Assembly (NCBI GenBank): GCA_046714175.1
Contig: JBKKBI010000069.1
Coordinates: 490-64,489, forward strand
Length of the DNA stretch: 64,000 bases
From: Acidimicrobiia bacterium
GTDB taxonomy: Bacteria; Actinomycetota; Acidimicrobiia; Spongiisociales; UBA11373
Direction of reading: 5' to 3'
A model generated the notes under the pieces. The model searched no databases. It was not told the DNA's origin and saw only the letters and a program-made list of their open reading frames with translations. Each line of letters starts with the position of its first letter. The first letter of the stretch is position 1. This document shows positions 8,224 through 17,182 of the stretch, in pieces. A program made the position numbers and the translations under genes.

Positions 8224-9831
8224 TCATGATGGCACGGCCCTCGCCTCGCCTGATACGCCGAGCAGCTCGCGCGCCTGGTCCACCCACCGGTCGGCCACTA
8301 TCCGGCCCGGGTAGACCGGCAGCAGCGGACCGATCCGTGCCACGTCATCTGCGGTGAAGGCCGCAATCTGACGGAGCGATGTGATTCCTTGCACGGCCAG
8401 AATCGCGGTGATCTTGGGGCCGATGCCGCGGATCAGGGCTACGTCGTCGCGAACTGCCGGAGCCTCCGGCCGCGCGGCGAGTTCGGCCTCCAGGGAGGCG
8501 ATCGTGGCAAGCAGCGGCCGGGCCGCGGCCGCGACCGCAGCCTCGAGCCCGGGCGTGGAGTCCAAGGAGGCGCGCCGCACCAGGCGGACGTTGCGCTCCC
8601 GCTCGGCACCTAGGAGCGCGCGCAACTGTTCCACCTCGCCCCCGGCGATGGCGCGCCGCACCTCGATCTCCAGGTCCTCGATTCGGGTGCGTGCCGAGAC
8701 CAGGTCCCGGGCGAGGGCAGTGGCCTCCTCGCGGTGGCGCTGCGTCGTCTCCAGCTCTCGGTGTGCCTCGCTGAGGCGGCTTTCGAGTGCCACCGCATCG
8801 AGGCGCACCGTCTCCAGAGTCTCGGTGGCCTCTTTCAAACTTTCTTCGATTTCGGCGATGCGGTCGTCCCGTCGCGCCACCTCGAGATACACCCGCTCCA
8901 GGGCGACGATACGCTCGTTGAGCCGCCGCAGCTCGGCGTTGCGTGCGGCGGTGAGGGCCGACAGCCGCTCCTCGAGCTCTCGGATCTGTGCCTCGCGTAC
9001 CTTGAGGAGCTCGTTGCCGGGAGGAGGAGGCGGCGCGGCCGCGGGGGCGGGAACGGCAGCCATGGCGGCAGCGACCCGGAGATCGGCGTCGGATCGCGCC
9101 CGAGTCAGCTCGGCCGTGAGCATCTCCACCTCGGCTCGGGCCAGCGCCGCGACCTGCGCTGCTTCAGCCGCCTCGGTCATCGCCCCCGCCAGCGCCTCCT
9201 CGGTCCTCGGATCGGGTCGTGGCGGCGCCGCGAGCAACGCGGCCAGGTCATGCTCGAGCTCAGCCACGCGCCCCCGCAGGCGGGCCGTCTCCGCGGCCGA
9301 CGCCGCCAGCCGCACGACGAGGGCGGGATCGGGAACCGCCGGGGCCACGCGCTGCTCGATGTCGGCCAGCCGCTCGGCACCGAGCATGGCAGCCGCTCGG
9401 ACCGCGGCGAGTTCGGTCTCCAGAGCCGCTGCCTGGCTCGTGGCCACCGCCTCATCGTGGCGGGCCCCGTCCAGGTCGGTCGACAGCCTCCGCAAGTCAT
9501 CGCTGAGAGCGTCCACCCGGGCCTCGACTGCAGCGGCGTGGTGCTCCTGCTGTGCGAGGGCGTGCTCCAATCCCGAGATGGTGGCATCCCTCTCTCCCAC
9601 CACCGCGGTCAGCGAGCGCGCCACCCATGCCGCCTCGCGCTCCCCGGCGCGGGTCACCTCGACTCGGGCGCGTGCGTTGGCCGCGTCGGCTTCGGCTGTC
9701 ACAACGCCTAGCCGTGAGGCATCACGGTCCCGGCGGAATCCCTCCGCCCGCCGTGTCGCCGCCAGGCCAGCGGCGACGCCGGCCACTCCTGCGACCGTGG
9801 CGCCGAGGATGGCAATGGTGGCGACGTCCAC
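8224..9831 (-). CDS. Membrane-anchored long coiled-coil protein with C-terminal helix-hairpin-helix (DUF4332-like) domain
   Basis: The N-terminal TM helix ATIAILGATVAGVAGVAAGLAA is followed by about 450 aa of Ala/Arg/Glu/Leu-rich heptad sequence. The C-terminus LIRGIGPKITAILAVQGITSLRQIAAFTADDVARIGPLL is an HhH. I prefer the GTG start at 9831. The ATG at 10011 would overlap the divergent add gene by 85 nt. Confidence 0.55.
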   Translation of the reverse strand: MDVATIAILGATVAGVAGVAAGLAATRRAEGFRRDRDASRLGVVTAEADAANARARVEVTRAGEREAAWVARSLTAVVGERDATISGLEHALAQQEHHAAAVEARVDALSDDLRRLSTDLDGARHDEAVATSQAAALETELAAVRAAAMLGAERLADIEQRVAPAVPDPALVVRLAASAAETARLRGRVAELEHDLAALLAAPPRPDPRTEEALAGAMTEAAEAAQVAALARAEVEMLTAELTRARSDADLRVAAAMAAVPAPAAAPPPPPGNELLKVREAQIRELEERLSALTAARNAELRRLNERIVALERVYLEVARRDDRIAEIEESLKEATETLETVRLDAVALESRLSEAHRELETTQRHREEATALARDLVSARTRIEDLEIEVRRAIAGGEVEQLRALLGAERERNVRLVRRASLDSTPGLEAAVAAAARPLLATIASLEAELAARPEAPAVRDDVALIRGIGPKITAILAVQGITSLRQIAAFTADDVARIGPLLPVYPGRIVADRWVDQARELLGVSGEARAVPS

Positions 9832-9925
9832 GGTGGCGATTCTACGGGGCCTCCCGCCGCTGCACCGGGCGGTTGCCGCGCCCAGGCGGGCGCCCCTCGG
9901 ATCGGGCGCTAGCCTCGCAACCACC

Positions 9926-10954
9926 GTGGATCTTGTTCGACTCCCCAAGGTCGTGCTGCACGACCATCTCGACGGCGGTGTCCGTCCCACCACTGTTGCC
10001 GCTCTTGCCACGGCGTCTGGCTACCGCAGCCTTCCTGTCACCGACCCCGCCGAACTCGGCCGCTGGTTCCATCAGGCAGGGGCCGAGTCGCTGGAGGCGT
10101 ATCTCGAGGCGTTCGCCCACACCTACGGCGTGATGCAGACACCGGCTTCGATGCACCGCGCCGCGTATGAGGCGGTAGAGGACATGGCAGCGGCGGGGGT
10201 CGTTTATGCCGAGATTCGGTTTGCACCCTCACTTCACATCGCCGGGGGGATGAATCGCGACGAGGTGATCGCCGCCGTGCTCTCCGGACTCGGTGCCGGC
10301 GAGCGCGATTTCGACCTGCCCACCCGGATCATCATTGACGCCCTGCGCCAGAGTGATGACTCGCTCCAGGTTGCGGAGGCGGCGACGCGGTTCGTAGGCG
10401 CCGGGGTGGTCGGATTCGACCTCGCCGGGCCTGAGGCGGGTTTTCGCGCCAGCAGTCATCGCGCTGCCATCGAACTCGCCCAGGGGGCCGGCCTGCGCAT
10501 CACCCTTCATGCCGGCGAGGGTGATGGGGTGGGGAGCATCGCCGATGCCCTGGTTTGCGGAGCGGAGCGCCTCGGTCACGGGGTGCGCATCATCGAGGAC
10601 TGCACCGTCGCCGGGGGACGGATCGTGGGGATGGGACCGGTCGCCACCGAGGTGCACGAGCGCCGGATACCGCTGGAGGTGGCGGTGGTGTCGAATCTGG
10701 ACACCGCCATGTACTCCTCACCTGCCGAGCACCCGGTCGGTATGTTGCACCGCGCAGGCTTTGTCGTGACTCTCAGCACCGACAACCGCCTGATGAGCGC
10801 CACATCGATGGTGCGCGAGTTCGAGGTAGTGACCGAGTACTGCGGTCTCGATCTCTCCGATCTGGAGGTGATCACTCACAACGCGGTCGAGGCCGCTTTT
10901 TGTGACCCTGACACTCGCGCCCGCGTGGTGGCGCGGGTGGTGGCCGGCTACTGA
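9926..10954 (+). CDS. add: Adenosine deaminase
   Basis: VVLHDHLDGG, ITLHAGE and SLSTDN motifs are present. Length is 343 aa from the in-frame GTG. The 515-aa N-terminal extension of ORF 8381..10954 is S/R/A-rich antisense and was rejected. Confidence 0.9.
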   Translation: MDLVRLPKVVLHDHLDGGVRPTTVAALATASGYRSLPVTDPAELGRWFHQAGAESLEAYLEAFAHTYGVMQTPASMHRAAYEAVEDMAAAGVVYAEIRFAPSLHIAGGMNRDEVIAAVLSGLGAGERDFDLPTRIIIDALRQSDDSLQVAEAATRFVGAGVVGFDLAGPEAGFRASSHRAAIELAQGAGLRITLHAGEGDGVGSIADALVCGAERLGHGVRIIEDCTVAGGRIVGMGPVATEVHERRIPLEVAVVSNLDTAMYSSPAEHPVGMLHRAGFVVTLSTDNRLMSATSMVREFEVVTEYCGLDLSDLEVITHNAVEAAFCDPDTRARVVARVVAGY

Positions 10955-11757
10955 CGGCGCTTCTCGATCCAATCGGCGACGATCCCGGTGGCGGCCACTC
11001 CCCCACCCTCATTGAAGATCTCGTGGCGCAACCCGGACAACACGACGCGCTCCACACCGGGGACATCGCCCAAGGGCGCCGAGATCGCAGCGGGAACCAG
11101 CGTGTCGTCGGCGCCATGCAGTACCAGGGTGGGTACGGCGAGCTCGGCGAGATGGCTACGACAGTGGTCGCCCGCGGCGAGGGCGAGTCGGCCCAACCCG
11201 AGCGTGGTTCGGGTGTAGACCAGGGGATCCGAGAAGTAGCGCTCCCCGACCGTCGGGTCGGTGGAGAGTTGCTCACCGCGCAACCCGTTGTCCAGGGAGA
11301 CTCGGGGGATGACGACACCAAGGACGCGCGCCGCCACCTGCTTGACCCGGGGCAGGTCCGCGGCGATCGCCGGAGCACTGAGCACCAACAGGTCCGGCGC
11401 CGGACGGCCATGGAGCAGGTAGGAAAGGGCCACTAGCCCCCCCATCGAGTGACCCAGGAGCACGACAGGCCCGCCCTCAGCGCGCACCAGTTCGAGATCG
11501 GCCGCAACGTCGTCGAGGTAGTCGTCCCATCGCTGCAGGTAGGCGCGTCGCCCCCCGGAGCGGCCGAAGCCGCGCAGATCTGGTGCCACCACCGCGTGCC
11601 CGCGGGCGGCGAGCATCCGCGCCACGTGGTCGTACCGGCCTCCGTGCTCGGCGAGCCCGTGAATCAGTAGGACCATGGCACGCCGTGGAGCGGTGGCCTC
11701 CCAGCGCCGTCGGGCGATGGTCGTGCCGTCACGGGCGGTGCGCTCTCCCAGGGTCAC
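10948..11757 (-). CDS. Alpha/beta hydrolase (lysophospholipase / monoacylglycerol lipase-like)
   Basis: VLLIHGLAEHGGRY, GHSMGG nucleophile elbow and a C-terminal GLRHEIFNE motif. Length is 269 aa. Confidence 0.8.
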   Translation of the reverse strand: MTLGERTARDGTTIARRRWEATAPRRAMVLLIHGLAEHGGRYDHVARMLAARGHAVVAPDLRGFGRSGGRRAYLQRWDDYLDDVAADLELVRAEGGPVVLLGHSMGGLVALSYLLHGRPAPDLLVLSAPAIAADLPRVKQVAARVLGVVIPRVSLDNGLRGEQLSTDPTVGERYFSDPLVYTRTTLGLGRLALAAGDHCRSHLAELAVPTLVLHGADDTLVPAAISAPLGDVPGVERVVLSGLRHEIFNEGGGVAATGIVADWIEKRRQ

Positions 11758-13247
11758 TCGTCCACCTCCGCGTCGTGCCAGGTCAGGATCGGCCGGCGCG
11801 CCGCCAGGGCGTCGTCGGGTCGGGATACCGGAGTGCGGTGCGGGGCGTGTTTCACTGATTCCGGATCGGTCGCCGCTCGGGCGGCGATCTCGTTGAAGGC
11901 TTGGGCCAGCGCGGCGACGGTCTCGGGGGACTCGGTCTCGGTGGGTTCGACCATCAAGGCCTCTTCGACGATCAGCGGAAAGTAGACCGTCGGGGAGTGA
12001 AATCCCTCGTCCAGCAGCGCCTTGGCCACATCCATGGCCCGCACCCCGGTGGCTCGTTTCAATTTGGCGGCGGAGGTGACGAACTCGTGCATGCAGGGCG
12101 CCGGATACGGGAAGGTGTAGGCGTCGGAAAGCAGCGACGCCAGGTAGCGGGCATTGAGCACCGAGCGTTCCGCTACTCGGCGCAGCCCCGGTCCTCCCAG
12201 CGCCAGCATGTAGGTGAGGGCCCGCAACACCACCAGGAAGTTGCCGTGGCGGCCGTGCACCCTGCCGATCGAGTGCTCCGGCATCATCCAGCGGGGGCCG
12301 TCGGCTGTGCGCTGCGGGCGCGGCCCGGGAAGGTAGGGGGCGAGCGCTTCCACCACCGCGACCGGGCCAGCCCCTGGCCCTCCCCCGCCGTGTGGGGTGG
12401 CGAATGTCTTGTGCAGGTTGGAGTGGACGATGTCGAAACCCATGTCCCCGGGCCGGACGACGCCCAGGATGGCGTTGAGGTTGGCTCCGTCGTAGTACAC
12501 GAGGCCTCCGGCATCGTGTACCACGGCGGCGATCTCGGCGACATGTTCTTCGAACAGACCCAGGGTGTTGGGATTGGTGAGCATCAACCCGGCGGTGTCG
12601 TCATCGGCTGCGGCCCGCACTGCGGCGACGTCGACCATCCCCCGGGAGTCGCTGGGGATGTGCTGGACGCGGAATCCGGCCAGGGTCACGGACGCGGGGT
12701 TCGTCCCATGTGCGGAGTCCGGGATGAGGATCGTCGTGGGTTTGCGCCCGGAACGGCGATGGTGGGCGGCCATGATGAGGAGCCCGGTGAGTTCCCCGGC
12801 AGCTCCGGCCGGCGGCTGGAATGTCGCTGCTGCCATGCCGGTGAGGCGGCACAGCACGTCCTCGGCCTGCAGCAGCACTTCCAGCGCCCCGGAGGCGAGA
12901 GTTTCAGGGGTCGCGGGATGCAGATCGCGGAACCCCCCGTGTTCGGCGGCCCAGTCGCACACCTTGGGGTTGTACTTCATGGTGCAGGAGCCGAGCGGAT
13001 AGGCGCCGAGATCGACCGCAAAATTGCGATGGGCCAGACGGGTGAAGTGCGCCACGAGGTCCCGCTCGGAGACCTCAGGGAGCTGCGGGGGCGCCCCCGC
13101 AGCCTCAGAAAGCGCCGGGGCCGGCGGCACGTCGAGTGGCGGCAGCGACCAGGCGCGGCGGCCGGGCGCAGAGATACGATCGAGCGCCGGCTCGGCGCGT
13201 CCCCCGGTGAGCGGGGTGGATGCGGCGCGGCCTCCGGGTTCAGACAT
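11754..13247 (-). CDS. gcvPB: Glycine dehydrogenase (decarboxylating) subunit 2
   Basis: LGSCTMKYNP, the PLP-lysine region NLHKTFATPHGGGGPG and an overall P-protein C-terminal half. Length is 497 aa. Confidence 0.9.
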   Translation of the reverse strand: MSEPGGRAASTPLTGGRAEPALDRISAPGRRAWSLPPLDVPPAPALSEAAGAPPQLPEVSERDLVAHFTRLAHRNFAVDLGAYPLGSCTMKYNPKVCDWAAEHGGFRDLHPATPETLASGALEVLLQAEDVLCRLTGMAAATFQPPAGAAGELTGLLIMAAHHRRSGRKPTTILIPDSAHGTNPASVTLAGFRVQHIPSDSRGMVDVAAVRAAADDDTAGLMLTNPNTLGLFEEHVAEIAAVVHDAGGLVYYDGANLNAILGVVRPGDMGFDIVHSNLHKTFATPHGGGGPGAGPVAVVEALAPYLPGPRPQRTADGPRWMMPEHSIGRVHGRHGNFLVVLRALTYMLALGGPGLRRVAERSVLNARYLASLLSDAYTFPYPAPCMHEFVTSAAKLKRATGVRAMDVAKALLDEGFHSPTVYFPLIVEEALMVEPTETESPETVAALAQAFNEIAARAATDPESVKHAPHRTPVSRPDDALAARRPILTWHDAEVDE

Positions 13248-14574
13248 GCGCCATCACCTCCTTGAGGGCGGCGGCGTAACCCTCCAATTCGGCGCGGGTG
13301 CGCCGCTCCGTGACCGCGACCAGCAGCCCAGCGGGAAACTCCGGAAAGTCGCTCCCGATCGGAATTCCGGCGAGGTAGCCCCGTTCCGCCATCGCGGTGA
13401 CGACCTCGTCCGCGGGCGCCGCCAGCAGGAGCGGGAACTCACGGGCGAACGGCGCGGTGACCGCCGTTTGCACGCCATCGATGTTGGACAGCAAGCCGGC
13501 GAGGTGGTGCGCCTTGGCCACGGACTGGCGGCCCACCTCGGCGAGGCCTTCCGGGCCGAGCCAGGCGAGGTGGATTGCCGCGGCGATGGCATTGAGGGTC
13601 TGGTTGGTGCAAATATTGGAGGATGCCTTCTCCCGTCTGATGTCCTGCTCCCGGGTGCGCAGGGTCAGGGTGTACGCGGTGGCTCCCGATCCGTCCACGG
13701 TGCGGCCAACCAGGCGTCCGGGGATGCGGCGGATCAGTTGGCGCGTGGTGGCGAAGACCCCGAGGGCGGGTCCCCCGAACGACATCGGGGTTCCCAGGGG
13801 CTGCCCCTCGGCGAAGGCAACATCGCAACCGGCGGCACCCGGTGAGCGGAGCACGCCGAGAAGCATGGGGTCGAAGGCAGCCACCGCCAATGCTCCGGCG
13901 GCGCGGGCCGTTGCCACCGCGGCGTCGTAGTCCTCGATGACCCCGAGGTAGTTGGGTTGGGAAAACACCACCGCCGCCGGTGCTGGCATCGCATCGCTGG
14001 CCCACACGGTCCGCCCATCGAGCAGTGGGTGCTCGACGATCGTCATGTCGCGGGCTCGTCCGAAGGTTGCCAGCACCTCACGCGTTCGGGGATCGAGTCC
14101 GCGTGAGACCCACACCGCGTTGCGTCCGGTCTCGGCGACGGCCAGGTTGACCGCCTCGATGCCGGCGGAGGCCCCGTCGTACAGCGAGGCGTTGGCCACC
14201 GGGAGGCCGGTGATGGTGGCGATCATCGACTGGTACTCCCAGAGCGCCTGCAGCACGCCCTGGGCCACCTCGCTCTGATAGGGGGTGTATGAGGTGACGA
14301 ACTCGGGCCGGAGTGTCAGCGCGCGCACCACCGGGGGCAGGTGGTGGTCGTAGACCCCCCCACCGGCGAAGCAGACCAGGTGCCCCGCCACCTGCCGGCC
14401 CAAGCCGGCGATGTGGGCCATCACCTCGGGCTCGGATAGCGGCGGCGGCAGTCCCGGATCGGGGGTGGTCCGCAGCCGGGCCGGGATGTGGGAGAAGAGA
14501 TCCTCGATGCTGCTCAGTCCGAGTTCGCCCAGCATGCGAGCGACGTCGTGATCGGTGTGGGGGGTGAAGTCCAT
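13240..14574 (-). CDS. gcvPA: Glycine dehydrogenase (decarboxylating) subunit 1
   Basis: The start is MDFTPHTDHDVARMLGELGL. FVTSYTPYQSEVAQG and the C-terminal sequence match a P-protein N-terminal half. The ATG overlaps the gcvT stop (ATGA). The 247-aa N-terminal extension of the ORF track was rejected. Confidence 0.9.
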   Translation of the reverse strand: MDFTPHTDHDVARMLGELGLSSIEDLFSHIPARLRTTPDPGLPPPLSEPEVMAHIAGLGRQVAGHLVCFAGGGVYDHHLPPVVRALTLRPEFVTSYTPYQSEVAQGVLQALWEYQSMIATITGLPVANASLYDGASAGIEAVNLAVAETGRNAVWVSRGLDPRTREVLATFGRARDMTIVEHPLLDGRTVWASDAMPAPAAVVFSQPNYLGVIEDYDAAVATARAAGALAVAAFDPMLLGVLRSPGAAGCDVAFAEGQPLGTPMSFGGPALGVFATTRQLIRRIPGRLVGRTVDGSGATAYTLTLRTREQDIRREKASSNICTNQTLNAIAAAIHLAWLGPEGLAEVGRQSVAKAHHLAGLLSNIDGVQTAVTAPFAREFPLLLAAPADEVVTAMAERGYLAGIPIGSDFPEFPAGLLVAVTERRTRAELEGYAAALKEVMAHV

Positions 14575-15620
14575 CAGCGTTCCAGAAACGGGGGGTCGAC
14601 GCGCCGGGCGGGGTACCACTCTCCGCGAATCTCCACCGCGGCATCGGTGGCGGTGTCGGCGGGCGTCGGGGAGACGTAACCCATGCCGATTCCGACTCCA
14701 AGGGTGGGGCTGAAGTTGCCCGAGGACACCACTCCGCTCGAGGCACCGCAGCGCAGCAGCTGGCCGTGGCGCGGAACGCGCCGGTCGGCGAGAGAGAATC
14801 CGATCATCCGGCGTGTGGTCCCGGCGCTGCGTTGCGCCTGCAGCGCCTCGCGGCCCACGAAGTCGTGATCCCAGCCGACCACCCACTCCAGCCCGGCCTC
14901 GAGCGGTGTCGTGGTGGCATCGAGATCCTGGCCCCACAGCGGGTACCCCATCTCGAGGCGGAGGACGTCGCGGGCGCCGAGACCGCACGGCACGGCACCA
15001 GCCTCCAGCAGCGAGTCGAACAGTCCCCGGGCGGCGGCGACATCGACGATCAACTCGGCACCCGGCTCGCCGGTGTAGCCGGTGCCTGCGGCCACGATCG
15101 GGGGCCGCTCCAGGACTCGAAACCGCTTGGAAAACCAGCCCACGACGCGCTCCAGAAGTGCCGGGGCTCCCGGTCCCTGCACTGCCAGCAGTGCTGTCAC
15201 CGGCCGCAGATCTGTGATCACCGCATCGCCGGCGCCGGCGGCAAATGTGTCCCGCACGACGTCGTGATTGGCCCCGTTGGGGAGGACGATGATGCGATCC
15301 GGATCGAGCCACCACACGATGATGTCGTCGCGGATCCCACCGTCGGCCCCGAGCATCATGCTGTACTGGGCTCGGCCTGGGGAGATGCGGTTCAAGTCAT
15401 TGCACAGCAGGCGTCCGACCAGGGCGGCAGCCCCCGGCCCGGCAACGAGAAACCGGCCCAGGTGGGAGACATCGAAGACTCCGGTGGCCGTGCGGACCGC
15501 GCGGTGCTCGTTCAGGGTCCCGGAGTACTGCAGCGGCATCTCCCAGCCACCGAAGTCGGTGAAGCGGGCCCCCCGGGCGGCGTGAGAATCGTGGAGCGGG
15601 GAACGCCGGGGGCCGATCAC
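14574..15620 (-). CDS. gcvT: Glycine cleavage system aminomethyltransferase T protein
   Basis: FTDFGGWEMPLQYSG, VFDVSHLGRF and GYTGEPGAEL motifs. The GTG start at 15620 was chosen. The 5' extension was rejected. Confidence 0.9.
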   Translation of the reverse strand: MIGPRRSPLHDSHAARGARFTDFGGWEMPLQYSGTLNEHRAVRTATGVFDVSHLGRFLVAGPGAAALVGRLLCNDLNRISPGRAQYSMMLGADGGIRDDIIVWWLDPDRIIVLPNGANHDVVRDTFAAGAGDAVITDLRPVTALLAVQGPGAPALLERVVGWFSKRFRVLERPPIVAAGTGYTGEPGAELIVDVAAARGLFDSLLEAGAVPCGLGARDVLRLEMGYPLWGQDLDATTTPLEAGLEWVVGWDHDFVGREALQAQRSAGTTRRMIGFSLADRRVPRHGQLLRCGASSGVVSSGNFSPTLGVGIGMGYVSPTPADTATDAAVEIRGEWYPARRVDPPFLER

Positions 15621-15660
15621 GGCCCGAACTCTAGACCCGAGGGTTGGGATTCTTGGCCGC

Positions 15661-16140
15661 TCAGCCGGCGGCGCTATCCCCCAGGTCGACCACCCGCACC
15701 GGACCTGGAATCCGGCTCGGCGCCGGAGTGGTCTCGAGATCTGCGGGGGTCTCCAAGCCATACTTGATGAGCAGGTGAAGGAAGTCGCGCTGGTAGAAGA
15801 TCTTGCACTTGATGTCGGGATGGTGCTCGGCGAGCAGCCGGACTTTTCGGTTCTTCTTCGTCACGAGCTTCTGATTCATCGTGGTGATCTCGATGAACAG
15901 GTCCTCTTCGGGGAGGTGGAAGTCGGGGGTGAAGAACCCGATCGGAACGCCAGCGGTGTCGAACTCGACCGGGAACGACCGCGGCTCGTAATCCCAGGGG
16001 ATGGCGTAGAAGTCGAGCAGCCGGGCGAACTGGCGCTCACTCTCGTGGGCGAAATCGACCGTCTCCGCCTGGTCGTGGAAGTCGACGGTCAGGTCACGCC
16101 TCCCTGGCGGCGGTTGCGACGGCGGCCGGAGCCGCTTCAT
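15661..16140 (-). CDS. Conserved hypothetical protein with a possible PD-(D/E)xK nuclease-like core
   Basis: RQFARLLDFYAIPWDYEPRSFPVEF...GFFTPDFHLPEEDLFIEITTMNQK has a D...E-x-x style motif. It sits immediately upstream of gcvT, and its 5' end overlaps the MerR gene's 3' end out of frame. The function is inferred only. Confidence 0.4.
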   Translation of the reverse strand: MKRLRPPSQPPPGRRDLTVDFHDQAETVDFAHESERQFARLLDFYAIPWDYEPRSFPVEFDTAGVPIGFFTPDFHLPEEDLFIEITTMNQKLVTKKNRKVRLLAEHHPDIKCKIFYQRDFLHLLIKYGLETPADLETTPAPSRIPGPVRVVDLGDSAAG

Positions 16141-16564
16141 CCGGGAAGAGGCGGTGGACCTCCCCCTCCATTTCTGCCTGGACCGGTCCGACCGCGATTC
16201 CGAACACACCCTGGCCGCGTCGGAACACATCGACGACTTCATCGGCGCTGTGAGCCGCGTAGATGGTGGTGCCGTCGGAGAGCAGGGTGACGTCGGCGAG
16301 CGGGGTAGTGCTGTTGAGTTGCTCCCGAAGGAGGTCCATCGCCTGGCGGATCTTCTTCAGGCTCATGCCGGCGTCGAGGAGGCGCTTGACCACCCGCAGC
16401 TGGACCACGTCCCCGAACGAGTACCGGCGCTGGGAGCCGGAACCGTGGGCGGTGGCCAGCGACGGCCGCAGAAGGTCGGTGCGGGCCCAGTAGTCCAGCT
16501 GTCGGTAGGTGATACCGACCAGCTTGCATGCCTGGGGGGCGCGGAACCCGCTCTCGTTGCTCAC
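16094..16564 (-). CDS. MerR family transcriptional regulator (Rv1830-like)
   Basis: N-terminal HTH CKLVGITYRQLDYWARTDLL. It is 156 aa. A GGAGG lies 4 nt upstream of the GTG start. Confidence 0.8.
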   Translation of the reverse strand: MSNESGFRAPQACKLVGITYRQLDYWARTDLLRPSLATAHGSGSQRRYSFGDVVQLRVVKRLLDAGMSLKKIRQAMDLLREQLNSTTPLADVTLLSDGTTIYAAHSADEVVDVFRRGQGVFGIAVGPVQAEMEGEVHRLFPDEAAPAAVATAAREA

Positions 16565-16611
16565 AAAGCCTCCTCGAACCCGCCGAGCTTACACCACGGT
16601 AAGTCCGGTCC

Positions 16612-16656
16612 CTGGAACTACCGAGATGAAGTTAGGGAGCGGCAGGGGTCATTGTC
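16612..16656 (-). promoter_or_regulatory. Putative sigma-A-type promoter (TTGACA-18nt-TAACTT) with a 6-bp inverted repeat centred on the -35 element
   Basis: On the minus strand, aggggtTGTTGACAatgacccct is followed 18 nt later by taactt. It is about 50 nt upstream of the MerR start. Confidence 0.3.
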
Positions 16657-16677
16657 AACAACCCCTGTGGAAAACGC

Positions 16678-17172
16678 TCAGCCTGAGCCGCCGAAGTCCT
16701 CGGGGTCGACCTGCTCCAGGAAGGTGCGAAAACGAGCCACCTCGGACTCCTCGTCCTCGTCCTGGAGTTCGACTCCGGCCTCGTCCAGGACCGAGGGGAG
16801 GACGAAAAGAGGTGATCCCGTGCGAGCAGCCAGGGCGATGGCATCGCTGGGCCGCGCCGAGATCCGCATCTCGGCACCGTCGCGGTCGAGCACCAGATCG
16901 GCGTAGTAGATCCCATCGCGCAATGCGGTGATCAGAACGTGATTGACCAGTGCCCCCAGGCTCTCGACCACCGCCTTGAGCAGGTCGTGGGTCATCGGCC
17001 GCTGTGGCTCGACACCCTCCAACGCGAACGCGATCGCGGTTGCCTCCCCGGCCCCGATGAAGATGGGGAGGTGGCGGCTGCCGCCCACCTCGCGCAGCAG
17101 CACGATCGGGGTGTTAGTTGGCAGCTCCACGCGCACCCCGACGAGTTCGACGGGGATGCTCTCCGGTGTCAC
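16678..17172 (-). CDS. Bifunctional nuclease family protein (DUF151, Rv1829-like)
   Basis: VELVGVRVELPTNTPIVLLREVGGSRHLPIFIGAGEATAIAFALEGVEP is the DUF151 core. The GTG start at 17172 was chosen. The hydrophilic acidic tail is typical. Confidence 0.7.
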   Translation of the reverse strand: MTPESIPVELVGVRVELPTNTPIVLLREVGGSRHLPIFIGAGEATAIAFALEGVEPQRPMTHDLLKAVVESLGALVNHVLITALRDGIYYADLVLDRDGAEMRISARPSDAIALAARTGSPLFVLPSVLDEAGVELQDEDEESEVARFRTFLEQVDPEDFGGSG

Positions 17173-17182
17173 GCGAATCAGC

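Noticed and set aside
8381-9925. N-terminal 515 aa of the 857-aa plus-strand ORF 8381..10954
   Set aside because: It is a low-complexity S/R/A-rich translation antisense to the coiled-coil/HhH gene. Only the C-terminal 343 aa, from GTG 9926, is adenosine deaminase.
15621-15660. Glycine riboswitch upstream of gcvT
   Set aside because: Only about 40 nt separate gcvT from the upstream CDS. No tandem aptamer-like structure could be discerned by eye. It needs an Rfam scan elsewhere in the locus.
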